Below, one piece after another: positions 49,090-59,580 of a DNA stretch of 64,000 nucleotides; positions within the stretch are counted from its first letter, which is position 1; each line of letters begins with the position of its first letter. The translations under genes were made by a program, and so were the position numbers. The stretch is from a bacterium (lineage in GTDB: Bacteria > UBA8248). The stretch covers positions 352,001-416,000 of the forward strand of contig CBDBEV010000001.1 in NCBI GenBank assembly GCA_965204535.1. The letters are read 5' to 3'. The notes beneath the pieces were generated by a model. It saw nothing but the letters and a program-made list of their open reading frames with translations. It was not told the DNA's origin and made no database searches.

Positions 49090-50238
49090 TTAGTCAACCT
49101 GCTTGCGCAGGAATGTGGGCACGTCCAGATCGTCATCCTCCAGATTGTCCGGGACGCCGGCGGGCGTCTTGGTGTTTTTCAGGCGGATATACGCGGGCAC
49201 CGATATTTTTCCGCCCTCGGTGCCCGTGGCTTCCGATTCCAGCGGCGGCACTTCGCGAATCGATTCCCGCCCGAAGCCCGTCGCGATGACGGTCACGCGA
49301 ATCTGGTTGTCCAGGTTCGCGTCAATTACCGAACCGAATATGATGTTTGCCTCTTGGTGCGCTTTTTCGTGGACGAGTTTGCAGGCCTCGTTCACTTCGT
49401 AGAGCGAAAGGTCCGCGCCGCCGCTGATGTTGATGAGCACGCCCCGGGAACCCTCGATGGTCCCTTCTTCGAGCAGGGGGCTATTGATGGCGTTTTGCGC
49501 GGCGATGACGGCGCGATTCTCGCCCTGACCCGTACCGCTGCCCATGAGGGCCTTGCCGCCCATGTCGCGCATGATGGTGCGCACGTCGGCGAAATCGAGA
49601 TTGATCAAACCGGGCGTGGTGATAAGGTCGGCGATTCCCTTGCACGCCTGCAGCAAGACGTTGTTCGCCTTCTGGAAAGCCTCCATCATCGGCGTGGAGC
49701 GTTCGACCATGCCCAGGAGACGCTGGTTGGGGATGGTGATGAGCGTGTTCACGGCGTCGCGCAGTTCCTCGATGCCCTCGTCGGCCTGACTCATCCGGCG
49801 AGGACCCTCGAACTCGAACGGCTTGGTGACGACGCCCACCGTCAACACCCCCGCCTCTTTCGCGACGCGCGCGATGACGGGAGCGGCGCCCGTGCCCGTA
49901 CCGCCGCCCATGCCCGCGGTGACGAACACCATCTCGAGGTTGTGCATGAATTCAGAAAGACGCTCGGTGTCCTCCAGAGCGGCTTTCCTGCCGATTTCGG
50001 GGTTCCCGCCGGCCCCCAGCCCGTTCGTCAACTCCTGGCCGAGCTGGATTTTCTCGGACGCGAGAGAACGCTCCAAGACCTGGGAATCCGTGTTCGCGGC
50101 CACGAATTGAACACCCTCCATGCCCGCTGAAATCATGGTGTTGACGGCGTTGCCTCCGCCGCCTCCTACGCCGACGACCGCGATTCTCGCGCTGCACGGC
50201 GCTTCCTGCTCCAATGTGAAAAACGTCGTATCACTCAT
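49090..50238 (-). CDS. ftsZ: Cell division protein FtsZ
   Basis: [26 protein letters not shown]-terminal [10 protein letters not shown]. Confidence 0.97.
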   Translation of the reverse strand: MSDTTFFTLEQEAPCSARIAVVGVGGGGGNAVNTMISAGMEGVQFVAANTDSQVLERSLASEKIQLGQELTNGLGAGGNPEIGRKAALEDTERLSEFMHNLEMVFVTAGMGGGTGTGAAPVIARVAKEAGVLTVGVVTKPFEFEGPRRMSQADEGIEELRDAVNTLITIPNQRLLGMVERSTPMMEAFQKANNVLLQACKGIADLITTPGLINLDFADVRTIMRDMGGKALMGSGTGQGENRAVIAAQNAINSPLLEEGTIEGSRGVLINISGGADLSLYEVNEACKLVHEKAHQEANIIFGSVIDANLDNQIRVTVIATGFGRESIREVPPLESEATGTEGGKISVPAYIRLKNTKTPAGVPDNLEDDDLDVPTFLRKQVD

Positions 50239-50285
50239 TCTCCCCCCCTTCGATCCCGGGAAGCGCTCCCCGCTCCCCCTTGCGA

Positions 50286-51527
50286 TCATTTAAAGACACT
50301 AGCTAAAACATGGCGGATTTTTTGTGTTGTTTGACGAATGGGACCATTCGATGTCCCGTTCACGAGACCGCGGCGTCTCGTGGCGTTCGTTTTCATGGCG
50401 TAAATCACGAGGCCCACGGCGGTGGAGTACATGGGCCCGTTGACCATGTCCACCAGCCCGCCGATACCGCCGGGAACGCCCAGCCTCACCGGCAGCTGAA
50501 GCACGTTTTCGGCCAATTCATCGGCGCCCTCGATGATGCTCGCCCCGCCCGTGAGCACGACGCCGGCGGGCAGGAGATCCTCCATGCCGCTTTTCTGGAT
50601 CTCGCGGCGGATGAGCGTCAATATCTCCTCCATCCGTGGTTCGATGATCTCGGCGAGCATCTGCCGGCTCAACACGCGCGGCGGACGGCCCCCGACGCTG
50701 GGCACTTCGATCTCCTCATCGCTCGACACCCGGGCGGCCAGGGCGCAGCCGTGTTCCTGCTTGATTCTCTCGGCCTGGTAGTCCGGCGTACGCAACCCTA
50801 TCGCCATATCCCTCGTAATGTGGCTGCCGCCCACGGGAATGACGGCCGAATAGCGCAGCGCGCCCCCGCTGATGACTGCGACGTCCGCCGTGCCGCTCCC
50901 GATATCCACGACGGCCACGCCCAGATCGCGCTCATCATCGCTCAGCGCGGCCAGCGAGGAAGCGAAAGGCTGAAGCACCAGGCGCTCGACGTTCAGGCCC
51001 GCCCTCTCGACGCTGCGGGTGATGTTCTGGATCGCGGGAATCGCACCCGTCACGACGTGGACCTTGCACTCCAGGCGAACGCCCGCCATTCCGGCGGGCT
51101 CGGTGACGCCCTCCTGATCGTCGACGATATATTCTTGCGGCAGCACATGGATGATTTCGTGATCCGTCGGCATCGTGACCGCCCGCGCCTGCTCGACGAC
51201 GCGATCGATGTCCTCTTGCGCGACAATCTTGTTCTTGATGGCCACGATACCGTTGGTGTTGAAACTGCGGATGTGCCCCCCCGCCACACCGACGAATGCG
51301 GAGCGAATGGGCGAGCCGCTGATGAACTCCGCCTCTCCCACCGCCGTTTGAACCGACTCCACCGTCTGATCGATGTTCACCACCGAACCCCGGTTGAGCC
51401 CTTTCGAGGGGGTTTTTCCCAAACCTACGATTTCCAGAGAGCCGTCCTCGTTCACTTCGGCCACGACCACACAGATTTTCGAGGTGCCGATGTCCAGACC
51501 CACCAGCACATCGCCATGTTTGCTCAT
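50286..51527 (-). CDS. ftsA: Cell division protein FtsA
   Basis: [23 protein letters not shown]. Confidence 0.96.
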   Translation of the reverse strand: MSKHGDVLVGLDIGTSKICVVVAEVNEDGSLEIVGLGKTPSKGLNRGSVVNIDQTVESVQTAVGEAEFISGSPIRSAFVGVAGGHIRSFNTNGIVAIKNKIVAQEDIDRVVEQARAVTMPTDHEIIHVLPQEYIVDDQEGVTEPAGMAGVRLECKVHVVTGAIPAIQNITRSVERAGLNVERLVLQPFASSLAALSDDERDLGVAVVDIGSGTADVAVISGGALRYSAVIPVGGSHITRDMAIGLRTPDYQAERIKQEHGCALAARVSSDEEIEVPSVGGRPPRVLSRQMLAEIIEPRMEEILTLIRREIQKSGMEDLLPAGVVLTGGASIIEGADELAENVLQLPVRLGVPGGIGGLVDMVNGPMYSTAVGLVIYAMKTNATRRRGLVNGTSNGPIRQTTQKIRHVLASVFK

Positions 51528-52390
51528 CCTATCCTCCCTCCATCCTTTGCGAGCGGCCGAACGATAACCCTGCCGGGAAATCTGAGATCAAACTGCAGGC
51601 CGCCCGCTCCAAATTTCTCATGGCGGAGAACGTCATCCGCAACGGCCCGGAGCCGACCGGCCTGACTCTCCATCCTCTCTTCACTGACCATAAGTTCCAC
51701 TTTTCCCTCCAGGGCGCGAAGCCGGAGTTGACCCGAGCCTGTGTTTCGGACGGAAATGCACTCGCCGCGAATCACGGGAGAATCCTGGAATAAAAAGACC
51801 GCCTCTATGGAGCGCGCCAGACGCGGGTCGCGAACCACGTCGCCCGGGCGCCAACGACGCGGGCCGAATCCCTCGACCATGGGCAGGCATCCCGCGAGCG
51901 GCGTCATAGACTTACCGAGCACGACGCCGTCTTCATCCACCACGAAGGCTTCACCGCCGATGATGAGAGCCGCGGGTTTGCGCTCGAGGATATCGACCTC
52001 AAGAAAATGGGGCGGACGCATGCGCACGCTCGCGCTTTTTATCCATGGATGAGAGGCCACGCGCTCGCGAACGGCCGCCAAATCGGCTTCGAATATGTTC
52101 GTCCCTGGCTCGATCTCCAGGAGCTTTTTGATATCCGCGGCCCGGAGTGTCCGGTGTCCCGTCACCACCACCTTGCTCAACTCGAAATGGCTGCTGCTCC
52201 TCGCCCACCGGACCGCATGCCCGCCCAGGAGAAGCACCTCCACGAAAACCAAAAAACCGATTGCAGGCCATATCCAGTTTCCGCCCCTTCTTTCTTTTCT
52301 GCCTCGCCTGACTCTTTTCTTGCCGCCTCGCTTGACGCTTTTTCGGACGATTCCGGGATGTTCGGCCGTTTGGGCGAGGTTCAGGAAGAC
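51524..52390 (-). CDS. ftsQ: Cell division protein FtsQ/DivIB (start uncertain)
   Basis: Basic N-terminus, single TM, POTRA domain (HPWIKSASVRM.PP..LEV..ERKP), C-terminal DLRF. Confidence 0.85.
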   Translation of the reverse strand, partial: VFLNLAQTAEHPGIVRKSVKRGGKKRVRRGRKERRGGNWIWPAIGFLVFVEVLLLGGHAVRWARSSSHFELSKVVVTGHRTLRAADIKKLLEIEPGTNIFEADLAAVRERVASHPWIKSASVRMRPPHFLEVDILERKPAALIIGGEAFVVDEDGVVLGKSMTPLAGCLPMVEGFGPRRWRPGDVVRDPRLARSIEAVFLFQDSPVIRGECISVRNTGSGQLRLRALEGKVELMVSEERMESQAGRLRAVADDVLRHEKFGAGGLQFDLRFPGRVIVRPLAKDGGRIG

Positions 52391-52434
52391 TTCCCGGCCC
52401 TCGGCTTTCCCTCTCCACCTGAACGATAAACGCC

Positions 52435-53388
52435 TCACGCCGGGTCCTCCCCGGTGACGTTCAACTCCAGGGCCAACTCGACGCCCTTTTCCTCCAGAAT
52501 CGTTCTTTTCACTTTGTCGATGAGCGCCAAAACGTCCGCCGCAGTAGCCCCACCGAGATTCACCATGAAATTCCCGTGCACCTCGCTTACCTGCGCGCCG
52601 CCGACGCGCATCCCCTTGAGGCCCGCCGATTCGATGAGCACGCCCGCGCGCTCGCCGGGCGGATTCTTGAATATGGAACCCGCACAGGGCACCCCCCATG
52701 GCTGGCGCTCCCGCCTTTGGACGGCGCTTCGTCTCAATTGCTCCCTCAACGCACCGGCGTCCGCCGGCCGGAGCGAGAAGCGAACGGACAACACCACGCC
52801 CGGGGCCGGCAACTCGGCGCGCCGGTACGAGAAACGCAATTCCTTCGCAGGGAGCCACTCGGGAACACCCCCATCCAGGGGCATCCAGCGAACGCTTTCC
52901 ACGGCGTCTTCGATGTATGATTCGGCTGTGCCCGCGTTCATGGCCAGCGCTCCTCCCACCGTACCGGGAACCCCCGCCAGACATTCCGTTCCCGCCCAGC
53001 CGCGCTCGGCGGCGAAGCGCACCAGCGTCGGAATCTTCTCCCCCGCGCGGGCTTCCAGCAGTACGCGCTCCCTGCTCTCCTCGACCACTTCGATTCCCCT
53101 GAAAGCCCTGGGGAAAGCGACCACCACCCCGCGAACGCCTCCGTCGCGCACCAGGGTGTTAGCGCCGCCGCCCAGAATCGTCACCGGCAACGCCTCGCTC
53201 CGGCATCTCTCGATCAACTCCACCAGTTCGTCTTCCGTCTCGGGCAGAGCGAGGGCGTCCGCCGGGCCGCCCACCTGAAACGTGGTGTATGGCGCCAGCA
53301 TTTCATCGAAAAGAATCTCGCAATCGAGATATCTCAGCTTTTCCGCCATCTCCAGCGTCATGACTTCCTCCGCCGCCCCGATGCTCAT
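52435..53388 (-). CDS. murB: UDP-N-acetylenolpyruvoylglucosamine reductase
   Basis: TTFQVGGPA, GVPGTVGGALAMNAG, AGSIFKNP, HGNFMVN. Confidence 0.95.
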   Translation of the reverse strand: MSIGAAEEVMTLEMAEKLRYLDCEILFDEMLAPYTTFQVGGPADALALPETEDELVELIERCRSEALPVTILGGGANTLVRDGGVRGVVVAFPRAFRGIEVVEESRERVLLEARAGEKIPTLVRFAAERGWAGTECLAGVPGTVGGALAMNAGTAESYIEDAVESVRWMPLDGGVPEWLPAKELRFSYRRAELPAPGVVLSVRFSLRPADAGALREQLRRSAVQRRERQPWGVPCAGSIFKNPPGERAGVLIESAGLKGMRVGGAQVSEVHGNFMVNLGGATAADVLALIDKVKRTILEEKGVELALELNVTGEDPA

Positions 53389-54815
53389 ACCGCTTCCTCT
53401 GATTCGCGGGCTCTGCGCTCGAGTCTTCCGAGCAACTCCCGGCCCGCCTCCCAGACGTCGCCCGCGCCGAGCGTGAGAACGATGTCGCCACCGCGCACCT
53501 CCTCGAACAAACGATCCGAGGCATCCTCCAGGCCATCCACCACATCGCAGCTTCTATGGCCATGTGCCCGGATGCCCTCTGCGAGTCTTTCCGAGTTCAC
53601 CCCCTCGATGGGCGCCTCGCCGGCGGCGTATATGGGCGCGACGATCACCCTGTCGGCATCGTAAAAAGCGGTGTGGAAGGCCTCTTCGAGATGATGCGTT
53701 CTCGTAAAGCGATGCGGCTGAAACAACACCACCAGGCGGTTCTCCGGCCAGGCTTCGCGAACGGCGCGGAGCGTGACCTTGATCTCTTGCGGGTGGTGCC
53801 CGTAGTCATCGAAGATCGTGACGCCCGACGCCTCTCCGATCCGCTCGAGGCGCCGGCCAATGCCGTCGAACTCGTGGAGGCCTCTTTGGATGTCCGCAAA
53901 GGGTACGTCGAGCTCCATCGAGACGGCGGCGGCGGCCAGGGCGTTGTCCGCGTTGTGGCGTCCGGGCATGAGGAGGCGAATCTCGCCGAGGCGTTCTCCG
54001 TGTCTTTTGACGCCGAAGACCGCCTGGCCGTTTTCGTAGCGGAATTCCTCGCCCACATAATCCGCCTGGGTGCCGAACCCATAGGTGAAGAATTGCTTTT
54101 CCACGCGGGGGATGATCTCCTGAACAGCGGGGTGATCCAGGCACAACACCGAAAAGCCATAAAAAGGAACCTTGTTCACGAACTCCAGGAACGCGGTCTT
54201 GATGGCGTCGTAATTCTCATAGAAATCGAGATGCTCCTCGTCGATGTTCGTCACGATCGCTATCGTGGGCGTGAGCCTCAGGAACGTGCCGTCACTCTCA
54301 TCGGCCTCCGCCACCAGATATTCGCCCCCACCCATTCTCGCGTTCGAGCCCAGGGCGTTGATGCGTCCGCCCACGACGACCGTGGGGTCGAGTCCGCCTG
54401 CCGCCAAGGCCGCCGCGATGAACGACGTGGTGGTCGTCTTGCCGTGCGTCCCCGCGACGCCGATGCTGTATTTCATGCGCATGAGTTCGGACAACATCTC
54501 CGCGCGCTTGATGACGGGGATTTTCCGCCGTCTCGCTTCGGCGACTTCCACGTTGTCGCCCGTAACCGCCGAGCTGTAGACCAGAACGTCCACTCCCGCC
54601 ACATTTTCCTTCCTGTGCCCGAGGACCACCTTCGCGCCCAGCCCGCGCAGCCTGAATATCGCCTCGTTGCTCGCGATGTCCGAGCCGCTGATCTCATAGC
54701 CCAGGTTCAGCAAGACCTCGGCGATGCCGCACATGCCCGTCCCGCCGATGCCCACGAAATGAACGCGGCTCGAGTGCCTGAACATGGCGTGCGTGGCGTA
54801 TGGTCGCGCTATCAC
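53385..54815 (-). CDS. murC: UDP-N-acetylmuramate--L-alanine ligase
   Basis: HFVGIGGTGM, GTHGKTTT, EADESD, DDYGHHP, FQPHRF. Confidence 0.96.
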   Translation of the reverse strand: MIARPYATHAMFRHSSRVHFVGIGGTGMCGIAEVLLNLGYEISGSDIASNEAIFRLRGLGAKVVLGHRKENVAGVDVLVYSSAVTGDNVEVAEARRRKIPVIKRAEMLSELMRMKYSIGVAGTHGKTTTTSFIAAALAAGGLDPTVVVGGRINALGSNARMGGGEYLVAEADESDGTFLRLTPTIAIVTNIDEEHLDFYENYDAIKTAFLEFVNKVPFYGFSVLCLDHPAVQEIIPRVEKQFFTYGFGTQADYVGEEFRYENGQAVFGVKRHGERLGEIRLLMPGRHNADNALAAAAVSMELDVPFADIQRGLHEFDGIGRRLERIGEASGVTIFDDYGHHPQEIKVTLRAVREAWPENRLVVLFQPHRFTRTHHLEEAFHTAFYDADRVIVAPIYAAGEAPIEGVNSERLAEGIRAHGHRSCDVVDGLEDASDRLFEEVRGGDIVLTLGAGDVWEAGRELLGRLERRARESEEAV

Positions 54816-54834
54816 TCTCGGGCTCCTTTCCTCA

Positions 54835-55920
54835 TCACGCCGCCATCGCCTCCTGACGGCACAAGGCGGCCACCGCTTCGGAGGCGTTCGCGCGGGCCAG
54901 GGATTTCGTGCGCTCCGACATGGAGACGAGCTTTCCGCGCTCCGCCTCGTATTCGAGCCAGATATCCGCCAGAACCCGGCCGCTCAAGTCTTCTTGAAGT
55001 ATCATCCGCGCCGCCTCGCGTTCGGCGAGATAGCGGGCGTTCGCCTCCTGATGCCCGTGGGTGGCGCTTGGAAACGGAATCAATACGGCCGGGAGGGACA
55101 TGGCGGACAATTCCGCCACGCTCATCGCGCCCGCGCGCGAGAAACACACCTGCGCCCAGCGATAGCGCTCCGCCATGTCGTAGAGATAAGGCGCCACGTG
55201 CGCCTGCGCGCCGACTTCTTGATAAGCCGCCTGCACGCGGGTGAAGTCCGCCTCTCCCGTCTGGTGAACGAACCGCATTCTTTCGAGCGCATCGCCCATG
55301 AGGGGCAGCGCCTCCATCACCGCTTCGTTGATGGCCCGCGCTCCCTGGCTCCCGCCGAATACGAGTACCTTCAAAGGCCCGTTCCAGGAATCCTCCCCTC
55401 GTTCGAAACTTTCTGAAAACTCGCCTCTTAGCGGCAGACCCGTCTCGACGATTTTCCCGCGCGCGAAACCGGCGTCGCGTACGGGCAGGCCCACGGCGAC
55501 TTTAGAAGCAAAGCGCGAGAGCATGCGGTTCGCCAAGCCGGGAACGACGTTTTGCTCGATCAGGACAACCGGTTTTCTCCAAAGTCCCGCCGCTACGACC
55601 GAGGGAACGCTGGAATAGCCCCCGACTCCCAAAACGACATGGGGGTGAAAGCGCCTCAGGATTCCCATCGCCTGGCAGAATCCATAACTCACCTTGACCA
55701 TCGCCCTGGCCCTCTGGCCGACCGATCGTCCCAGAACGCCGGCGGAGGAAATCGCCTGAAACGGCAGGTTCTCACGAGACAGCACCCTGGCCTCGACCCC
55801 GCGTTCGGTGCCCACGAACAAAACCTCGTTCGCCTCCCCGTCCGCCAGCCAAACCCTGGCCACCGCAATGCCCGGATACAGATGTCCACCCGTGCCTCCG
55901 CCCGCTACGAGGAGTCTCAT
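54835..55920 (-). CDS. murG: Undecaprenyl-PP-MurNAc-pentapeptide GlcNAc transferase
   Basis: GGGTGGHLYPG, EQNVVPGLAN, FGGSQGA, HQEANA. Confidence 0.96.
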   Translation of the reverse strand: MRLLVAGGGTGGHLYPGIAVARVWLADGEANEVLFVGTERGVEARVLSRENLPFQAISSAGVLGRSVGQRARAMVKVSYGFCQAMGILRRFHPHVVLGVGGYSSVPSVVAAGLWRKPVVLIEQNVVPGLANRMLSRFASKVAVGLPVRDAGFARGKIVETGLPLRGEFSESFERGEDSWNGPLKVLVFGGSQGARAINEAVMEALPLMGDALERMRFVHQTGEADFTRVQAAYQEVGAQAHVAPYLYDMAERYRWAQVCFSRAGAMSVAELSAMSLPAVLIPFPSATHGHQEANARYLAEREAARMILQEDLSGRVLADIWLEYEAERGKLVSMSERTKSLARANASEAVAALCRQEAMAA

Positions 55921-57104
55921 GAGCGCGTCCTCCTGCGGAGGATCGGCCTGCGTGCGCGTGAAATCCACCCCGCCGCCGCGTCGAGCGGACTCCCCGGCCC
56001 GGCTTGCCTGGAAGCGTGATGCGACGATTCGATGGAAATCAGCAACCCGAGAGAGATGAGCGTAAACACCAGAGACGAGCCGCCCAGACTGATCAGGGGC
56101 AGTGGTATGCCCGTTGTGGGCAGAAGACCCGCCGCCACTGCCATGTTCAAAAAACCCTGCGCGACAACCAGAAAAGTCACGCCCGCCGCCAACAGGGCGC
56201 TGAAGAAATCCTCGCAGCGCGCAGCGATCTGGAAGCCGCGCCAAAGCAGAACCACGAACGCCGCCGCGACGCACAGAGCGCCGATGAGGCCCAACTCCTC
56301 ACCCACGACCGCGTAGATGAAATCCGTGTGGGGTTCGGGCAGATAGAAGAGTTTTTGCTTGCCCTCGCCCAGACCGAGACCCGCCAGACCGCCTCGCGCG
56401 ATGGCCAGCAGAGACTGAATGAGTTGATAGCCTGCGCCTTTCGCTGCGGCGAAGGGATCCCAAAAAGCGAATATCCGCTTCATGCGCCAGGGTGCGAAGA
56501 CCACCATACCCGCCAGGACGAACCCCGTCGCCAGTGCGCAAATTCTCAAGTGGGAGGGCCGAGCGCCCGCCAGATACAACAAAACGCCGACGACCGCGGC
56601 GGTCAGGGTGGCCGTGCCCAAATCCGGCTGAATCAGCATGAGACCCAGAATGATTCCCGCGAACCCGACAGGCGGCAGAAAACCGAAAAGCCCATGATTC
56701 AGGCGATCGCCCTTGAGCGCCAAGAAGTGCGCGAGAAAAATCACCAACCCCAGTTTTGCGGCTTCGGCCGGCTGAAAAGAGAAGGGGCCCAGCATCAGCC
56801 ACCGGCGCGCGCCGCCCGCTTCTTTTCCGATGCCCGGCGCAAACACCATCAAAAGCGCAAGAACCGAGGCTATCAACAAGGGAAATGCGATCTTGCGGAG
56901 GCGCCGGGGGTCCGTTTGGGAAACGGCCAACATGCAGGCGAAGCCGAGGACAGCCCATAATACGTGGCGTTTCACAAAGTAGAACGCATCGCCGTACCTG
57001 TCCAACGCGAGAATATGGCTTGCGCTGAACACCATGACAACGCCGAAAGCCACCAGCCCCAGCGAGATGAAGAAGATGACGGGGTCGATTCGTTTATGGA
57101 TCAA
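55917..57104 (-). CDS. ftsW: SEDS peptidoglycan polymerase FtsW
   Basis: GARRWL, FQPAE, QPDLGT, LPEPHTDFI. Confidence 0.95.
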   Translation of the reverse strand: MIHKRIDPVIFFISLGLVAFGVVMVFSASHILALDRYGDAFYFVKRHVLWAVLGFACMLAVSQTDPRRLRKIAFPLLIASVLALLMVFAPGIGKEAGGARRWLMLGPFSFQPAEAAKLGLVIFLAHFLALKGDRLNHGLFGFLPPVGFAGIILGLMLIQPDLGTATLTAAVVGVLLYLAGARPSHLRICALATGFVLAGMVVFAPWRMKRIFAFWDPFAAAKGAGYQLIQSLLAIARGGLAGLGLGEGKQKLFYLPEPHTDFIYAVVGEELGLIGALCVAAAFVVLLWRGFQIAARCEDFFSALLAAGVTFLVVAQGFLNMAVAAGLLPTTGIPLPLISLGGSSLVFTLISLGLLISIESSHHASRQAGPGSPLDAAAGWISRARRPILRRRTRS

Positions 57105-58498
57105 TGCTCATCCCTCCCCGTCAATTCCCGGACCATTCGGCGGAAGGCGTCGCCCCGGTGGGCGTAATCCCGAAACTGATCGAAGCTCGAACAGGCGGGC
57201 GATAGGAGAACCGTATCGCCCGCCCGCGCCTCCTCGTGTGCGATTCGAACGGCTTCATCCAGCGTCTTCGCGTATACGAGGGGAGCGCATCCATCGAAAA
57301 AACGCCCAAAACGCTCCGCCGCCTCGCCGATGAGAATCATGCGCCGGACCTTCTTCTCCACCTCGGCGCGCATGGGCGCGAGGTCGCTCCCCTTGTCCAC
57401 GCCCCCGGCGATGAGAAGCACGTCTCCCGCCACACTCTCCAGGCTCATCGCCGTGGCGCCCACGTTCGTCCCCTTCGAATCGTTCACCCAGCGAACGCCC
57501 CCCGCCTCGCCGACGACCTCCATGCGGTGGGGCAGGCCCTCGAAACCGCGCGCCACGCGCGCCATCGCCGCCACGTCCGCACCCAGGAAATGCGCCGCCG
57601 CGCATGCGGCCAGAAAATTCTCGAGGTTGTGGAGGCCGGGAATCAGGAGTTCGCTCGCGCCGCAAACGCGGGTGGAGCCGGCCTCCTCGGCCAAAAACAC
57701 ATCGCCCCCCTCTACAAACGCGCCCCGGCGCACACGTTCTTTCCGGCTGAACGCCAGGACGCTCTGCGGGCCGGGGGTCATGTAGCGCGCCGTCAGGGGG
57801 TCGTCCGCGTTGAGAACCTTGGCGTCCCCCTCCCCCTGGTTGGCGAACAGCCTCGCCTTGAGGTCCGCGTACGCATCGATATCCGGATGCCGATCCAGAT
57901 GATCGGGCGTTACGTTGGTCATCACGCCCACTTTCGGCTTGATCGTGGGCGCCCATTCGAGTTGAAAGCTGCTCACCTCGCTGACGATGAAATCGGCCTC
58001 ATCGCCTTGGGCTTCGACCACCTCGACGAGGGCTCTTCCGATGTTTCCGCCCACCGGCGCGCAAAAACCGCTTTCCTCCAGAATTCGCCCGAGCATCGTG
58101 GTGACCGTCGTCTTCCCGTTCGTTCCGGTGACGGCGGCGATGGGTGCGGAACAAAGCCGACAGGCCAATTCCACCTCGCCGATCATTTCGGCGCCCGACG
58201 CTTTCGCCAGGGCGATGTAGCGGTTCGTCGCGGGAATCCCCGGACTCACCACCAGCAGGTCGCACTCCTCGAAACGCGCCTCGCTATGGCCGCCGAGTTC
58301 GAGAACCACGCCCGGAGGCAAGCGCTCGCTCAGACCTGGAACCTCTTCCAGATCCGTGGCCACCACCTTCGCGCCCAGGCGCGCAAGCGCCCCCGCCGCG
58401 GCAATCCCGCTCCTCGCCATTCCCATGACGAGCGCTCGCCGTGCGGGCAGCGCTTCTATCCACGCCGTGGCCTTGTTGTCCAAAACAAGATTCCTCAT
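57101..58498 (-). CDS. murD: UDP-MurNAc-L-Ala--D-glutamate ligase
   Basis: VVSPGI, TGTNGKTT, EVSSFQL, DHLDRH, NDSKGTN, LLSPACSSFDQF. Confidence 0.96.
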   Translation of the reverse strand: MRNLVLDNKATAWIEALPARRALVMGMARSGIAAAGALARLGAKVVATDLEEVPGLSERLPPGVVLELGGHSEARFEECDLLVVSPGIPATNRYIALAKASGAEMIGEVELACRLCSAPIAAVTGTNGKTTVTTMLGRILEESGFCAPVGGNIGRALVEVVEAQGDEADFIVSEVSSFQLEWAPTIKPKVGVMTNVTPDHLDRHPDIDAYADLKARLFANQGEGDAKVLNADDPLTARYMTPGPQSVLAFSRKERVRRGAFVEGGDVFLAEEAGSTRVCGASELLIPGLHNLENFLAACAAAHFLGADVAAMARVARGFEGLPHRMEVVGEAGGVRWVNDSKGTNVGATAMSLESVAGDVLLIAGGVDKGSDLAPMRAEVEKKVRRMILIGEAAERFGRFFDGCAPLVYAKTLDEAVRIAHEEARAGDTVLLSPACSSFDQFRDYAHRGDAFRRMVRELTGRDEH

Positions 58499-59580
58499 CT
58501 CAGCTTCAGCGTCGCCAAACTCATCAGGGCCAAAACGACCGCCACTATCCAGAAGCGAACCGTCACCTTGGGTTCGGACCAACCCTCTTCCTCGAAGTGG
58601 TGGTGCAGCGGCGCCATGCGGAACACGCGCCGTCCGGTGAGCTTGAAGGAGATCACCTGCACGATGACCGAGAGCGTCTCCAGGACGAACAAACCGCCCA
58701 CCAGGAACAGGAGGAGTTCCTGCTTGATCGCCAGCGCCACCGTGGCCAGCAGTGCGCCCAGTGAGAGCGCGCCCACGTCGCCCATGAACACCTGCGCCGG
58801 GTATGCGTTGAACCACAAGAATCCGAGCCCCGCGCCGAACATCGCCCCGCAGAGGATGGCCAGTTCTCCCGCGCCCCGAACGTGGAGGATCAGCAGATAT
58901 TTCGAGATGCCCGCATGTCCCGAGACATAGCTGAAAACGAGATAGGCGCCTGCCGCAATCAACAGCGGGCCGATGGCGAGACCGTCCAGACCGTCCGTGA
59001 GATTCACGGCGTTGCTCGTCGACACGACGACGAGTGCGGCATAGGGCACGAACCATATCCCGATGTCGGGTTGTACGTTCTTGAAAAAGGGGAACATGAC
59101 GACGGGCTTGAAATCCATCCCCACGAATCCGCTATAAAGGGCGTACCCCACGGCGAGACCGATAATCCCCTGAGCCAGAAACTTCATCGGGGGTCTCACG
59201 CCGTTTTTATCCTGGAGCACCACCTTCGTATAGTCATCCCAGAAACCCAGAAGACCGTAGGCGAGCAGAACGAAGAGGGAGAGCCAGATATAGCCGTTCG
59301 CCAAGTCGTTCCACAGCAGAACCGGCACCGCCACGCACAAGAGGATGAGAAGCCCTCCCATCGTCGGCGTTCCTTTTTTCGCCATGTGGGTCTGTGGCCC
59401 GTCGTCGCGGATGACCTCACCGATTTGACGCTCCTGGAGATAACGAATGAGGCGAGGCCCCAGCAACAGCGACATGACGAGGGCGGTGAGCACCGCCATC
59501 GCCGTCCTGAACGTGATGAAGCGAAACACGTTGAGCGCCGAGATCGTTTGACTCATCGAGATGAAAACGGAATAGAGCAT
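58495..59580 (-). CDS. mraY: Phospho-MurNAc-pentapeptide transferase
   Basis: KKGTPTMGG, NAVNLTDGLDGL, FMGDVG, MAPLHHHFE. Confidence 0.97.
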   Translation of the reverse strand: MLYSVFISMSQTISALNVFRFITFRTAMAVLTALVMSLLLGPRLIRYLQERQIGEVIRDDGPQTHMAKKGTPTMGGLLILLCVAVPVLLWNDLANGYIWLSLFVLLAYGLLGFWDDYTKVVLQDKNGVRPPMKFLAQGIIGLAVGYALYSGFVGMDFKPVVMFPFFKNVQPDIGIWFVPYAALVVVSTSNAVNLTDGLDGLAIGPLLIAAGAYLVFSYVSGHAGISKYLLILHVRGAGELAILCGAMFGAGLGFLWFNAYPAQVFMGDVGALSLGALLATVALAIKQELLLFLVGGLFVLETLSVIVQVISFKLTGRRVFRMAPLHHHFEEEGWSEPKVTVRFWIVAVVLALMSLATLKLR

